Assembly: GCF_006345805.1 (NCBI RefSeq)
Contig: NC_042997.1
Coordinates: forward strand, 7,564,001 to 7,628,000
Source of the DNA: Octopus sinensis
Taxonomy: Eukaryota
DNA length: 64,000 bases
Direction: 5' to 3'
Within the stretch, counting starts at the first letter, position 1. The number at the start of each line of letters is the position of its first letter. Below, piece by piece: positions 52,200 through 64,000 of the stretch. Position numbers and translations under genes: made by a program. Below the pieces are notes generated by a model that ran no database searches, had not been told where the DNA came from, and saw only the letters and a list, made by a program, of their open reading frames with translations.

Positions 52200-52388
52200 G
52201 CTCCACTTACTTTTGCCCGTCCTGATCCTGCTCCTCCTTATCCTCCTCCTCTACTACTACTACTCCTACTCCTCTCCCTCCTACTCCCCCTTGTCCACCT
52301 CCTACTCCTTCTCCTCTTCATCCTCATCTTCATCCTCCTCCTCCTCCTACTACTACTACTACTACTACTACTGCTACTACCACTACTA

Positions 52389-52419
<31 letters not shown>

Positions 52420-52437
52420 CACTACTACTACTACTAT

Positions 52438-52480
<43 letters not shown>

Positions 52481-52490
52481 GCTGCTGCTG

Positions 52491-52535
<45 letters not shown>
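52200..52535. repeat. Compound (CTC/CTT)-(TAC)n-(TGC)n tract
   Basis: Read directly. Confidence 0.95.
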
Positions 52536-52547
52536 AAAGTAGTAATA

Positions 52548-52765
52548 GCAAAATGAATTCAAGAGAATATAAGGGAAATTGTGAAAATGTCACCAGAATT
52601 GTTTCCTGCGTGGTTTGGAATGATATGGCGAAAAAGTAGGTAGAAAAGGACAGAGTAAAGATATTTGGGGACTTCATGATCCATTGTGGTCAGGGTATCA
52701 AATTTTGGAAACGCTATAGTTTGCTGGTATTCAATTAACAAAACCACGTCTAATCTCATATATCG
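52548..52765 (+). mobile_element. Short degenerate R4/Dong-like fragment, subfamily B-like
   Basis: GAATATAAG.GA...GAAAATGT..CCAG..TTGT...VKIFGDFMIHC; aligns with 28545-28700. Confidence 0.55.
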
Positions 52766-54268
52766 CTTGAATATAAATTATGATTATCATTAGAGATTTC
52801 TTATCCTGGCGAATAGCTATTGATTGATTCACAAGGAAAAAGGTTTTTTTTCTCACGAGAGAGTAATTCTTTTTCACAGGAGATGAAACTTGCCTCACAT
52901 ATATTTCTAATTCTCATTCGGGTGTTTTTGTTTGAAATTTAATACAGACTGCTCATCACTTTCAACCACCGTCTCTTCCCTGTCCTCATATCTGAATGAG
53001 GCTGCACAAATATTTGTTCGATAAATACTTTATATTATTCTTATTTTAGTGACCTTCTTTCGACAATTCTAGCTTTAGGGTTATATATATAAAGTCGGTT
53101 TTAGCGTTATGTTTTTAGCTCCAAATAGCAAGCCAGTATAGATTCAAGATGCACAGCCTTTATGTGTCTTTTGCTCATAATACTACTTTCACGATTGCAT
53201 TAGACAAACGTTATTACAGTGCTAACAGATCTGAAGTTGGATCATGCAAATCGAATAATGAGTTTTGAATTCTTCTCATCAGCAACCTCTACACAGGAGG
53301 AGTTCATGTGTTATTTTATGTTGCAGTAAAATATGAAACGATATGACCATAACATCCTGATCCATCTTTATACTGCAAAAATGTTTCATCCGAAATGTTA
53401 GCCCATATTTTGTCAGGAATTTGGTCATTGGTCATAGGCTCAACACAATCGCACACATGCGTGATATGACAGCTTTACTCCTCTTTAACAAATACTGTAT
53501 GTAAATACTGCACGAATGTATGTCCCATATTATTTGGACCTGCGTTTTTGCCTAGGGTTGAAATATGAAACATATGCATTCCCTCTCACATTCACTCACA
53601 AAGGGAAAGCAATTTCTCTAAAAAATTTGTGGGGGCTGTTTCCAATAGATGCTTTGATTGAGTAAGAAAAGCAAATTTACCTTTAGCAAACAAGTAGGTT
53701 ATTTTCTTTATCTTAGATCTGTTATAGCAGCTTTCGTACGGATATTCCTATCCTATATACAAAATGTTCCTATGGCTGTAATCTTCCAAGATTATGTTCC
53801 ATGTTGAGAGTTTCTTGCTTGGAAGAACATTTAAGAATGACAGATTCTGTTATTCCTATTTACGCATGACGTGATAATTTTATGCATAATGTTGTTTATT
53901 GTTATTGTAGTAGTTGATTTTGTTCTCGTCAAAAATGTTCTTCATGTTTGATTTTTCCATTGGAATGTTGATTTTCTTCACTTTCTGTGATTGTGTGTTA
54001 ACCGATACAGATTTCAAATTTGGTTTAGTTTTTTAATGTAATCTTTTGCACGAGCGAATGCCAAGATAGAAGACATTTTCGCCTCTATTTACCCTGGAAC
54101 AAGTACATTGGCATATAAAACAATCCCTTGTATTGTCGAAAAGTCCCAATGTAAAATTGTGAAATGCAATATGTTGTTTCAAAATATCGAGCAAATTTAG
54201 AGCACCTTCATCACCTAGTAAGCATGTATTTATATATGTATAAATACATGTATATATATATATATATA

Positions 54269-54540
54269 TTAATAGTTATCGCCATACTAATATGGTAGTC
54301 TATAAATAAGACTAAAGCTGTCGCTGATTAGCTCCAAGAGGCCACCGCCTCTAGCTAGCTATTTGACACACGATGTCTGACTAGCAAGGTGAAGCGGCTG
54401 ACCTCCCCTGTTCGAAGGTTGTAATGGACGCAGGTTCGTGTGCCATATAGCTAGCTAGAGGCGGTGGCCTCTTGGAGCTAATCAGCGACAGCTTTAGTCT
54501 TATTTATAGACTGCCATATTAGTATGGCGATAACTATTAA
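54269..54540. mobile_element. Young palindromic MITE-like element: 105 bp arms with 3 mismatches and a 62 bp spacer, TTAA at both ends
   Basis: 54269-54373 is the reverse complement of 54436-54540 except at three positions. Confidence 0.9.
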
Positions 54541-54596
54541 TACCCAGTAACGCTGCCGTAATCTCCTTTAGAGAGACTTAGTAATTTTAATATTTC

Positions 54597-54688
<92 letters not shown>

Positions 54689-54759
54689 GCTATTAAGTTA
54701 GACATGGCCTGGGCCAATCTTTAGTTGAAACATATCTAAGCTTATCTAAGTTTATATAA

Positions 54760-54803
<44 letters not shown>

Positions 54804-56249
54804 CTAGATATTCATATTTTTCTTTTTCCTTTTGCATTCGACATGGTGTGAGCTATAAATTTCTAGTAGAAAATTATTTATAATAGCAATGATAATTGCT
54901 ATTATTATGAATGAGGAGTGTTCCAGGAGTTCCAACAAAACACCTGAGACTGAAACAAAAATATAATGATAATAGTTTCACATTTTGGCATACAGTTAGC
55001 AATTTTGTGGTAGGTGATGAGTGGGAGAGATGGACCTCGGTGTTTCACTGATACTTATTTTATCGACTCTAAAGGATGCCAGCATAGTCGACGTCGACGG
55101 GATGGGGCATCAAAACGTAGCCTCAACAACAGCGCAGCTTACCACAATCACAGTAAAACATTAGTGTATGTAATGCATATAGAGAATTTGTGTTATGGAT
55201 CATAAAGATATCTCTTTAAAACTGCAGCTAATCAGATTTTCTATACTTGCTGTCGTGAAAGACAACGAAATATTTTTCACATGTCGCGCAACCTGTGAAA
55301 TACTCTTCTCGCTTACTTGTTTGGAATATTTGCCAGTGAATCTTGAAGGGTCTGGAAATGCATTATTTCAAAGAATGACCTATATATAGAAAGAACAGTT
55401 CTAAACTTACTTTCAAGATATTTCAAATGATTATTTGGTAAAAATTCTTCTCTGTTACTCTGTATTTTCTTCTGTGAAATAAACATAAATTTTGTATAAG
55501 GGAGTGTTGACGGTTTAATAAATCGCTGTTCAGCTGATTTCTTCGCTCTCAATGAATATTTTATGGAAGATGTACTTTTAGAATATTTTAATTTCTGTAC
55601 AGGTGTATTCGACCTTAGCATAACATTCGCAGACATTTTATATTATATAAACGAAAATATGTCTGTGAGAATGTACTTGGTCATGTGTGTATCACACCGC
55701 TTATAAAATATAACAATTATTTGAAAAACCTCCCGCTGAATCTGACAAAGATTTCCTATGCGAGTGACTAAATTTAAAGGAAACAAAGAAGTTGTCTAAT
55801 ATCAGCTAATCCAATTTGCTTCGAGAATAAGGTCACAATCGTTCAGTTAAGTTGTTGTCTAGGATTTCACACCTGGGGAAATCAAATGTAGTGTCTCAAT
55901 CGCTGCATACCTCAGAGTCGAAGTATCTTTTCGACCAAGAGGTTAAATTTGCAGTGATCAAACTTGCAAAGAAATGACGAAAACTGATGAAGATAAAAAT
56001 ATCAATATCAGCCCAAATATATATAACGAGGAACGTGCACACATACGGATACACACATATAAATATGTGCGTGTGTGTGTGTGTATTCTTGTGTCTATGT
56101 TTGTGTGTATGTTCGTATCACCTTGATCACCTGGTATGCATGTATGTATATATCAATACATATATGTATTTATAAGTTTATATATGTATATATACGTATA
56201 TATATATATATATATGTATGTATATATAAGTACAACTATAGATATGTTT

Positions 56250-56640
56250 CTTTATTAGCCACACAGGGCTGAACTCAGACGGGACAAATTACAAGGTAGA
56301 GATTTTCTTTTGGGGGAGAAAAATAGGCGGGTAAGTTTTCGATCAAACGGGGTCGTAAAAAGGAAAGAAAAGAAAGAAAAGAAAATCAATAGGGATCGTG
56401 TATCACACAAATGTCATGATGTAAAGTGTAAAGGAGGAATCAGGTAAGGTTTATCCGTGGAAAGAAAAGCCTACGGAAAAGATCACGATAATCTCAGTCG
56501 ATAATGTCACATGTTAACACATTTATTTGCAAGTAAGTAACCCTCTGTTTTAAACTGTTCATAGGATCATGCTCAAGGTGGCTTCGTCATTCATACGTGC
56601 CATCCTTGCTACATTTACCCATCTTTTTTTTAAACATTCG
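56250..56640 (-). mobile_element. 3' end of an L1/Tx1-type LINE (ORF2 terminus, UTR, AATAAA)
   Basis: Minus strand reads KRWVNVARMARMNDEATLSMIL*, then a T-rich UTR ending GCCCTGTGTGGCTAATAAAGAAA. Confidence 0.75.
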
Positions 56641-57879
56641 CTAGACTGATTCATTGATTGATTGATTGATGCGTGCATATATTACGTGCATGCAAACAAG
56701 CATATATAAATATACTGACATAGCGATTCATAGGTAAGCAATTAGGTGCCTGAAGACCTACCGAGTTTGCATGTTTTATGCTCGAGTATAAAGTAAAATA
56801 ATATGTAGCATTGCGTTTAAAAGCAAATATTAAATTATACATTCCAACGTATTTCGTTTTTGTATTCTTGATGTGAACTCGATTGTTTAACAGAATTTAT
56901 TATATCTGAGGAGGGTCATTGCACCATTAAAATACTGCTTCACTTCATTTTTTCTTCTTAATTATAATTCAACTGTTTAGATATTAAGCGAACAAAACTA
57001 ATCGATTATGTGGTTGATTAACTGAACGATTACTCAAGCAGTCGATAGCTTATTTAATAATATAACCACCCAGTTGATAAAGGATAATAAAGTAATTAAA
57101 TTGGACCAGTGGAAATTTTTGTTTTATTTGTGTAATGGCCCTGCCAAAATACAACAGTATCACCGGACGTTGACGTTTTTAATATAAATAAAACATCGAA
57201 CAAGAAAGAATATGTAAGAGGAATCCGAAACAACGTTTTGATAATTATACCGAATTAAAAGTTGCAGTGTATCCTTAAAGTTAACAGGGAAGGTCAACGT
57301 ACTGACTTCAGTCAATTTAGACATTATCTGTCAAATACATTCACCATATTCGGTGAGACTAAAACTGATGAAGCATGGAATGTAAGGCTCATTACTTTCA
57401 GAAGAACGTTTCTTAGACTAAGATACAAAACCTTTTTTTGCCTGACGTTCATTTTCCGGTTACTATTATGACATTTGCAACTTTAGTGTGTTCATAAAGA
57501 GCCTATTCTCATATAAATGTTATCCCGTTCATTACTATGCTGACGCCTTTGTAATTATAAGAGACCACATTGTTTCAATTGAGCCCTCAAACTTGCACAG
57601 TTCCACTGGATTCATGGACCTGGTATCATGATCAAGAGGGTGTTTATATATTTGTATAATGATTTATATATTAAGCACTTGCTGTAATATTCTTTTCAAT
57701 GGTTGTTTGATACATGTGTTACTATATATTTCAGTGCATGTTATTTCAGAAACATATAGCCATCTAAATTTTGGTAAAATAGTATTATACAATTCGATTT
57801 ATTCTCCTGTATAATATAGTAGTTCAGAGTTGCAATTAATTGGCAAATGATTTGATATGAAGATATGAGAACGTATGCT

Positions 57880-58270
<391 letters not shown>

Positions 58271-60569
58271 CGTGTAATAAAATTCATGACTACAAGGTAT
58301 AAAATACTACAGCAGAAAAGACCCTATTTAGCAATTTTCTCCACATAAAAACTATTAACTTCAGTGAATGATTGATAAGACAAATAGCTGCAATATCTTT
58401 TCCACGCTACAATGGAATATAATAACATTCAATTAAATATATTAATCAAATTACATTTCATTATGTCCCTCATTAACTACATGTCAAACATAAACTTATT
58501 GCCATCTGATTCTCTATCTCCGTCTTTATTTTGAAATCACCTCGTCCTGGATTTTATGTGATTTACTTCGTCTGCATAAAAACGTAAATAATAAGCATCC
58601 ATTTGTTTGATAATGTTTCAGTGTCAATGTTCATGTAAATGTCTGGATTTTATTTTGTCTGCAAAGTTCATATTTAAATTTTAAATACGGCTTTCCATTT
58701 ATTTACGTATTCGCAGATGTCACATATTTGAAAAGCAGCAGTTAGATCTCAGAGACATTGGTGACTATTATTTTCGAAGTTTTATAAAATATCTGACGCA
58801 AACACTAATTTCTGATAAAACTTTAACTGCATTGATGCTTATTCTTATCTGATAGCACTTTGTTCACAACGTTTATTTTTATCATTTGAACGTAAACTTA
58901 TCCGATTCTTGTCCGAGCTCTCTTACTGACGATACTTTGTCGCAAACAACAATAATATTAAAAATTTACACTAAAATCTGCACTCATTTATGGGATCTAT
59001 CATTTGCTTTCCTTCATGGTCAGATTACTATTCTCTACTTTAACAGTCCCGTGTAGTCTTACACATAATGGTATAAAATCTGCATTGAGAAAACAATCTT
59101 GTTCTCGCCCAACATTTGCTAACATATTAACATTGAGATGTTGCAGCTTTCTCGGTTACATTTGCTTAGCATCAGATTGAAACTATCAGAACAGATTGTG
59201 TGTAAAATCTATCCAGCTAAATCCAACCCACAATTTAAGTAGTTATAGTGAAATTAGTTCTAACATTATACAATATATTCAACCGTCGTTTGGATTTCAC
59301 ATCTATCTATTGCATGGGCTCTATCGCTCGATGTATATATACACACACACACTGACATACACACACACATATGTAATATATATAAGATGAGGTTGCTTAT
59401 CTGTATGAATGCTAAAGTGGTGAATGGTGGATGGTTGTTCAGAATGAGGGCTGTAGAACAATGATCAACATACGACAATTCATTTAGATGTCCTTGTAAT
59501 ACATTGTAACTAACCATATAAAACGCTTCAATTTATGTAGGCGACTAATTCCCTACAGGCTGCAATTTTGTCTTTCTAACATTGTGCCTCACCTCAAAAT
59601 AATAATTGTCGAACTGAATTAGAAGAGTTGAACATTACTAGGTTGTAGAACCGCCTCAACACCCGGCTAAATGCATTAAAGATTACTTAGCCTCAGTCTA
59701 TATGCATCGGAGATCAAGAAGTAACTGAAGACGATTTTACCTTCCTATTCACCTTTCCTTGGTCGATAAAATATCCAATAGTAAAATTATGGATTTAAAA
59801 CAAATTGGCTGCACGGACATGTTCTTCGAAAAGGTTTTTGTGCTTAGGATAGAAATCAATATCGGTATTCAATACGTTATGAAACTGCACACTAACATAT
59901 TTGTCCTATGACATTTATGACTACGAATCGATATTTTGTATTGTATTCACTACTATTTCAGTTAGGTGTTTTGGATGCCAATATAAATTGTACTAATTCA
60001 TATTTCGGTGGTTTCAGACAAGATTTCAAGATAAAAATGCAACAACAGATCTCGCAGCTTGGAGTCACAATGTTTTAAAGCAAAAGAAAGCGCAAGCGGT
60101 TAGAGAGAGAGAAAGAGAGAGAGATTGATCCTAGATACAACTTATAATATTCACCTTCCAAGAATTTTCTCAGCTTTAGAATACAAGAATATTTCAACCT
60201 TCGTTTTAATTTTTCATTCCTTGATGCTATCCACGATATTCCTGATACTGAAAAAGTTATCTATGCCATTCGCTTCTAAATTCGAGAAAGTGGAAGGTCT
60301 TTCTAAACATCAGTCTGTCTACGATTGCAGAGCGACTTGAAAGTATCATTCTCAGTGGCGAATCATTATTTAACATTATAACATGAATGATATTAACGAT
60401 TGAGTCGGTAATATACGTGGTTATATTTAAAGTTTTGTTGGTGCCTACATATTTTGACACTTTACATTGTTGGAACTTGTGGGGTGCGGCTTGAGGTTTC
60501 ATCGCTTATGTTTTCTGGGAACATATACAATTTCTCGTTGCTTTTATATTTCCCGTCTCTGTAAATAAT

Positions 60570-60723
60570 AACAATAATAATAGCAGCAGTAGCATTAGTA
60601 GTAGTAGTAGTAGTAGTAGTAGTTGTTGTTATTGTAGTAGTAGTAGTAATGGCAGTAGTAGTAGTAGTAGTAGTAGTAGTATAGGTAGTTGTAGTATAGG
60701 TAGTAGTAGTAGTAGTTGTAGTA

Positions 60724-60773
<50 letters not shown>

Positions 60774-60795
60774 AATGATGATGATGATGATGATA
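60570..60795. repeat. Compound (AAT)-(AGT)n-(GAT)n tract
   Basis: Read directly. Confidence 0.95.
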
Positions 60796-61309
60796 GCACC
60801 GCGCTGAATAACAACATGGATGTGCTACACCGGGCTTCCCATTTAAGAACAAATCTAATCTAACAATTGGATAAAGGAACCTGTGGAATACATCAAGGAA
60901 GCGGTCATTTAACGAAAATAATAAAAAAACGAAATTTTACTGCCATACAAAGCACAATTTCTCCTCGCATGATGTCTCAGTGAAGCATGTGCGAAACACA
61001 CGCGCAATCAACACCGGAAAGTTTACAAATTATAAAATAGTAATGGAACAAAATGGTAAGTACATAAATCGAGCAATTACCCACTCGAATGTCTACACAA
61101 TCATATGTACAATTTGATACCCACAGGACTACACATACATCTCAATATTTACACGACTACGTGAAATTTGCTGGACACAAATTCACGCATAGGAAAACAT
61201 GTGTCACAAGCGAAGCAAAAACAAAAACAACACTTTTTTCTATTCTATTTTAATATTTCGAACTAACACAGACATGGTGAACCATTCATAAGTTCAAAAA
61301 CACCACCAA

Positions 61310-62960
61310 AAATTATGTTTGCAGATAAATCTATCAACAGAAGCACATACAGACGAATACAGCCTTAATAAGCTATGTTACGAGCAATGTTTACACGCAG
61401 AGAACTCGGTGAGGGTGTTGTCTCAAAAAATTGAACCTAAACAGACAAATCCGCCGCCTAATGTCAACGTCGAAGCTCGTCATGTCTCACTGATAACAAA
61501 GCAAAATACAAACCAGATTAGTCGTCGACCGGATAAAAAATGACCAGGTACATGATATAGATCAGTTAGCTTTACGAAGCTACTTTACGAGCAATGTTTA
61601 CATGCAGAGATCTCGGAGACGGTGTTGTCTCAAAAAATTAATCCTAAGGATACAGATCCGTCCTCTACTTATGTGAACGTCGAAGCTCGTCATGCCTCAC
61701 TGTCAACAAAGCAAGATACAAACCGGAATGGTCAGGGCTACGCTGAACCAATTTCGGGTCGAAAAATCAGCTACTGGTTCAAATCTTCCCGACACAAAGT
61801 GGCTGGGAGTACACTACGACAGGAATATTCCAACAGATAGCTAAAAATGCACGACAGCAAATGACCAAAATAAATGAGAACTGGTCTAGGTTAGATAACA
61901 AAGAAGTTCTTACGGTTTTCTTCCATGCCACATATGTCTCCAAAATCAATCTAAAACTGTACAAACCTCATTAAACCGGAGATAGAAGCACCTTGAAGTA
62001 AGACCCTACATAGGCAGTAACAAATTTGCCAACATCAGAAGAAACATTATGTGAAAAATGACTAACTGAAGTAGAGATTGACCAAATTTAACAAACAGTA
62101 AGGGATAAAAAGAACGAAGCTGCAGCTAAAGAAGATACTTCAGAGGAAATAATTATAGACCAGCCCAGGGCTGATGAAACTGCAGTACTGATTGAAAGAG
62201 TTAATGTAACTGATAGGCAAAGTGAAATACTCTCTGAAGCAAACACTAAGGCAGATGAAAATCAAGTAGATGAAGAAAGTCACACAGAAATTGACCCAAA
62301 ATAACTACATGATCTAAAAATTAAATCATGATTAAATGGTTGAAAAGTAAAGAAACCAGAATCAATGAACATGATACTCTCCCAAAAATTCACAATTTTA
62401 AATAAAAAAACCTCAATGTAATTGGCAACATCCGCCTTGCACTGAAGGATATAATTTCAGCTAGTGATGTTGATAACAGAGATCACAACCACCGAGAAAA
62501 TCTCAACTATTCTATGTGGGGAAAATATTAGAAAACTACAACATTGAAACAAAAGCCTTCTTGGCAAGAGCGTATTCAATACAAATTAAGCTACTAAGGT
62601 CTGACATAGAATGTTTGAAAAACCTTAAGTTTGACAATGCTATCAAACCTACAAAAAAATTTAAAGAAAAAATATAGTATGAAAACTATACTTGATTTCA
62701 TGCCACCATAGAAAACATCAAACAAAATATATGTGCTAAAGCTGGCCGCATAGCAAGGTATGAAAAGCACGTTAGATTCTTCAAGGACACCGTGTTCAAA
62801 AATAACCCTAAACATTTTTAGAGGAAGATAGGAAGAACACCAGTTGCAGTAATGTCTGTCCCATCAAAAGAAGAAATACAGGAATTTTGAAATACAATTT
62901 GGGCAGAAAAAAAAAACATAATGAAAAGACCCCTTGGATTGGAAACAAAATCAACAAAAG
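61310..62960 (+). mobile_element. 5' part of an R4/Dong-like LINE (leader with 207 bp-period repeat and N-terminal ORF region), cut off before the RT domain by (AGT)n at 62961-63145
   Basis: Broken frames give WSRLDNKEVL, NKFANIRRNI, PSWQERIQ..LRSDIECLK, IENIKQNICAKAGRIARYEK, FKNNPKHF and PSKEEIQEF*NTIWAEKK.HNEK.PWI. The last block corresponds to the region just upstream of RT, as at 20-130 of this window. Confidence 0.75.
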
Positions 62961-62963
62961 TAG

Positions 62964-63000
<37 letters not shown>

Positions 63001-64000
63001 CTGTAGTAGTAGTAGTAGTAGTAGTAGCAGCAGTAGTCTTAGTAGTAGTAGTAGTAGCAGTAGTAGTAGTAGTAGTAGTAGTAGTAGAAGTAGTTCTAGT
63101 AGTAACAACAACAGTAATGATAATAATAATAACAACAGCAACAACAAATTTTGTCGCTTTACATTCAAACTACGATTTCCCAGCATTGCATATATTTTAC
63201 CTCTTGTATTAAGCAACCTTGCCCACATACACGCATTATATTTTGCAATACACTTTTAAAAAAATAGTATATATTTATGCATATATATATGTGTGTGTGT
63301 ATTATAAACGACTTAAACCCTTTCCATTTAGAGATTAGAAAGTAAATTTATTGCCGTAAAATGTATGTTTCTAATGTTTTTTTTTACCAACTAAGGTGAT
63401 ACCTCAGTTATTACTTGTTTAATTATCCCTGCATGTATTCATGCAGTAATGTTGTCTCCAATTCAATAAACAACAATCTTGTTTACATCTTTGCTAATAA
63501 ACAAATTGCATCTATTTTACAAATAACAATCGCGATTGTTCATTATAAATTATATTTGTGCCTAGAGCCACTATATTAAGGAATCATTTTATACTTGTGA
63601 TACTCAGCTGGAAGTCGGAAATATAAATCCTGTATCAGGTTTTATTGTTTCATTTCATACTTAAGGAGATTATATTATTGAATTGTTTTGCACGTTGTAA
63701 TTTGATTTCAATTTAATTTTCTATATTACAATTTGTGTCATTAGTCTCATGAATAATATTCAAGTCTGTTAACAGCTACCAGTTAGTTCCAACTTGATCA
63801 GAATGCTATTGTTGACTAAGAAAAAATAGGACCCAGGTAAAACTCGTGTAGAAGGAATAAGCATTTCATTGGGAAATCTGTATTATTAGTAGTAGTAGTA
63901 GTTGTAGTAGTAGAGCTAGAAAGAAATTTATTCACCTGTTTTTGTTTTCGTCCAGTGCCTCAGCTGTGTTGATTGTAGTAACTCTCTCCATGGTGCATTT

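Noticed and set aside
55313-55380. Minus-strand 63 bp candidate exon (SFFEIMHFQTLQDSLANIPN, donor GTAAGC)
   Set aside because: Isolated, with an unrecognised peptide; it cannot be distinguished from chance.
60800-61310. HDV-like or hammerhead ribozyme upstream of the R4-like 5' region
   Set aside because: I could not assemble consistent P1/P2/P3 helices or a CUGANGA/GAAA core by eye.
61371-61725. CRISPR-like or other prokaryotic repeat array
   Set aside because: Only two long diverged units, no repeat-spacer structure, no cas genes, and a eukaryotic context.

Overview
AT-rich animal genomic DNA, most likely cephalopod (Octopus). That assignment is my recognition of the repeat families, not a database result. 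The window is dominated by microsatellites and decayed transposons, and almost all of the supplied ORF track is translated simple repeats or antisense LINE sequence. Recognisable elements: at least eight fragments of R4/Dong-like non-LTR retrotransposons (RT plus restriction-like endonuclease) from about five subfamilies, most sitting in (AAT)n/(GAT)n/(TAG)n tracts; a 2.4 kb L1/Tx1-type APE-RT fragment and two Tx1-type 3' ends; an RTE tail-to-head junction; a Helitron PIF1 helicase relic; tRNA-derived SINEs; and several foldback/MITE elements. No intact transposon ORF, rRNA, bona fide tRNA, CRISPR or named host gene is supportable. A weak chain of phase-compatible small exons (+ strand, 6.3-17.5 kb) may belong to a host gene. 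The most interesting signals are RNA-level: a compact HDV-like ribozyme fold exactly at an RTE 5' end (37032-37182, minus), an inverted dimer of tRNA-headed elements whose two arms together reconstruct a minimal hammerhead ribozyme (11560-12070), and further minimal Penelope-type hammerhead relics (40917-40957, 41657-41715). Element boundaries are read by eye and approximate unless given with the motif.
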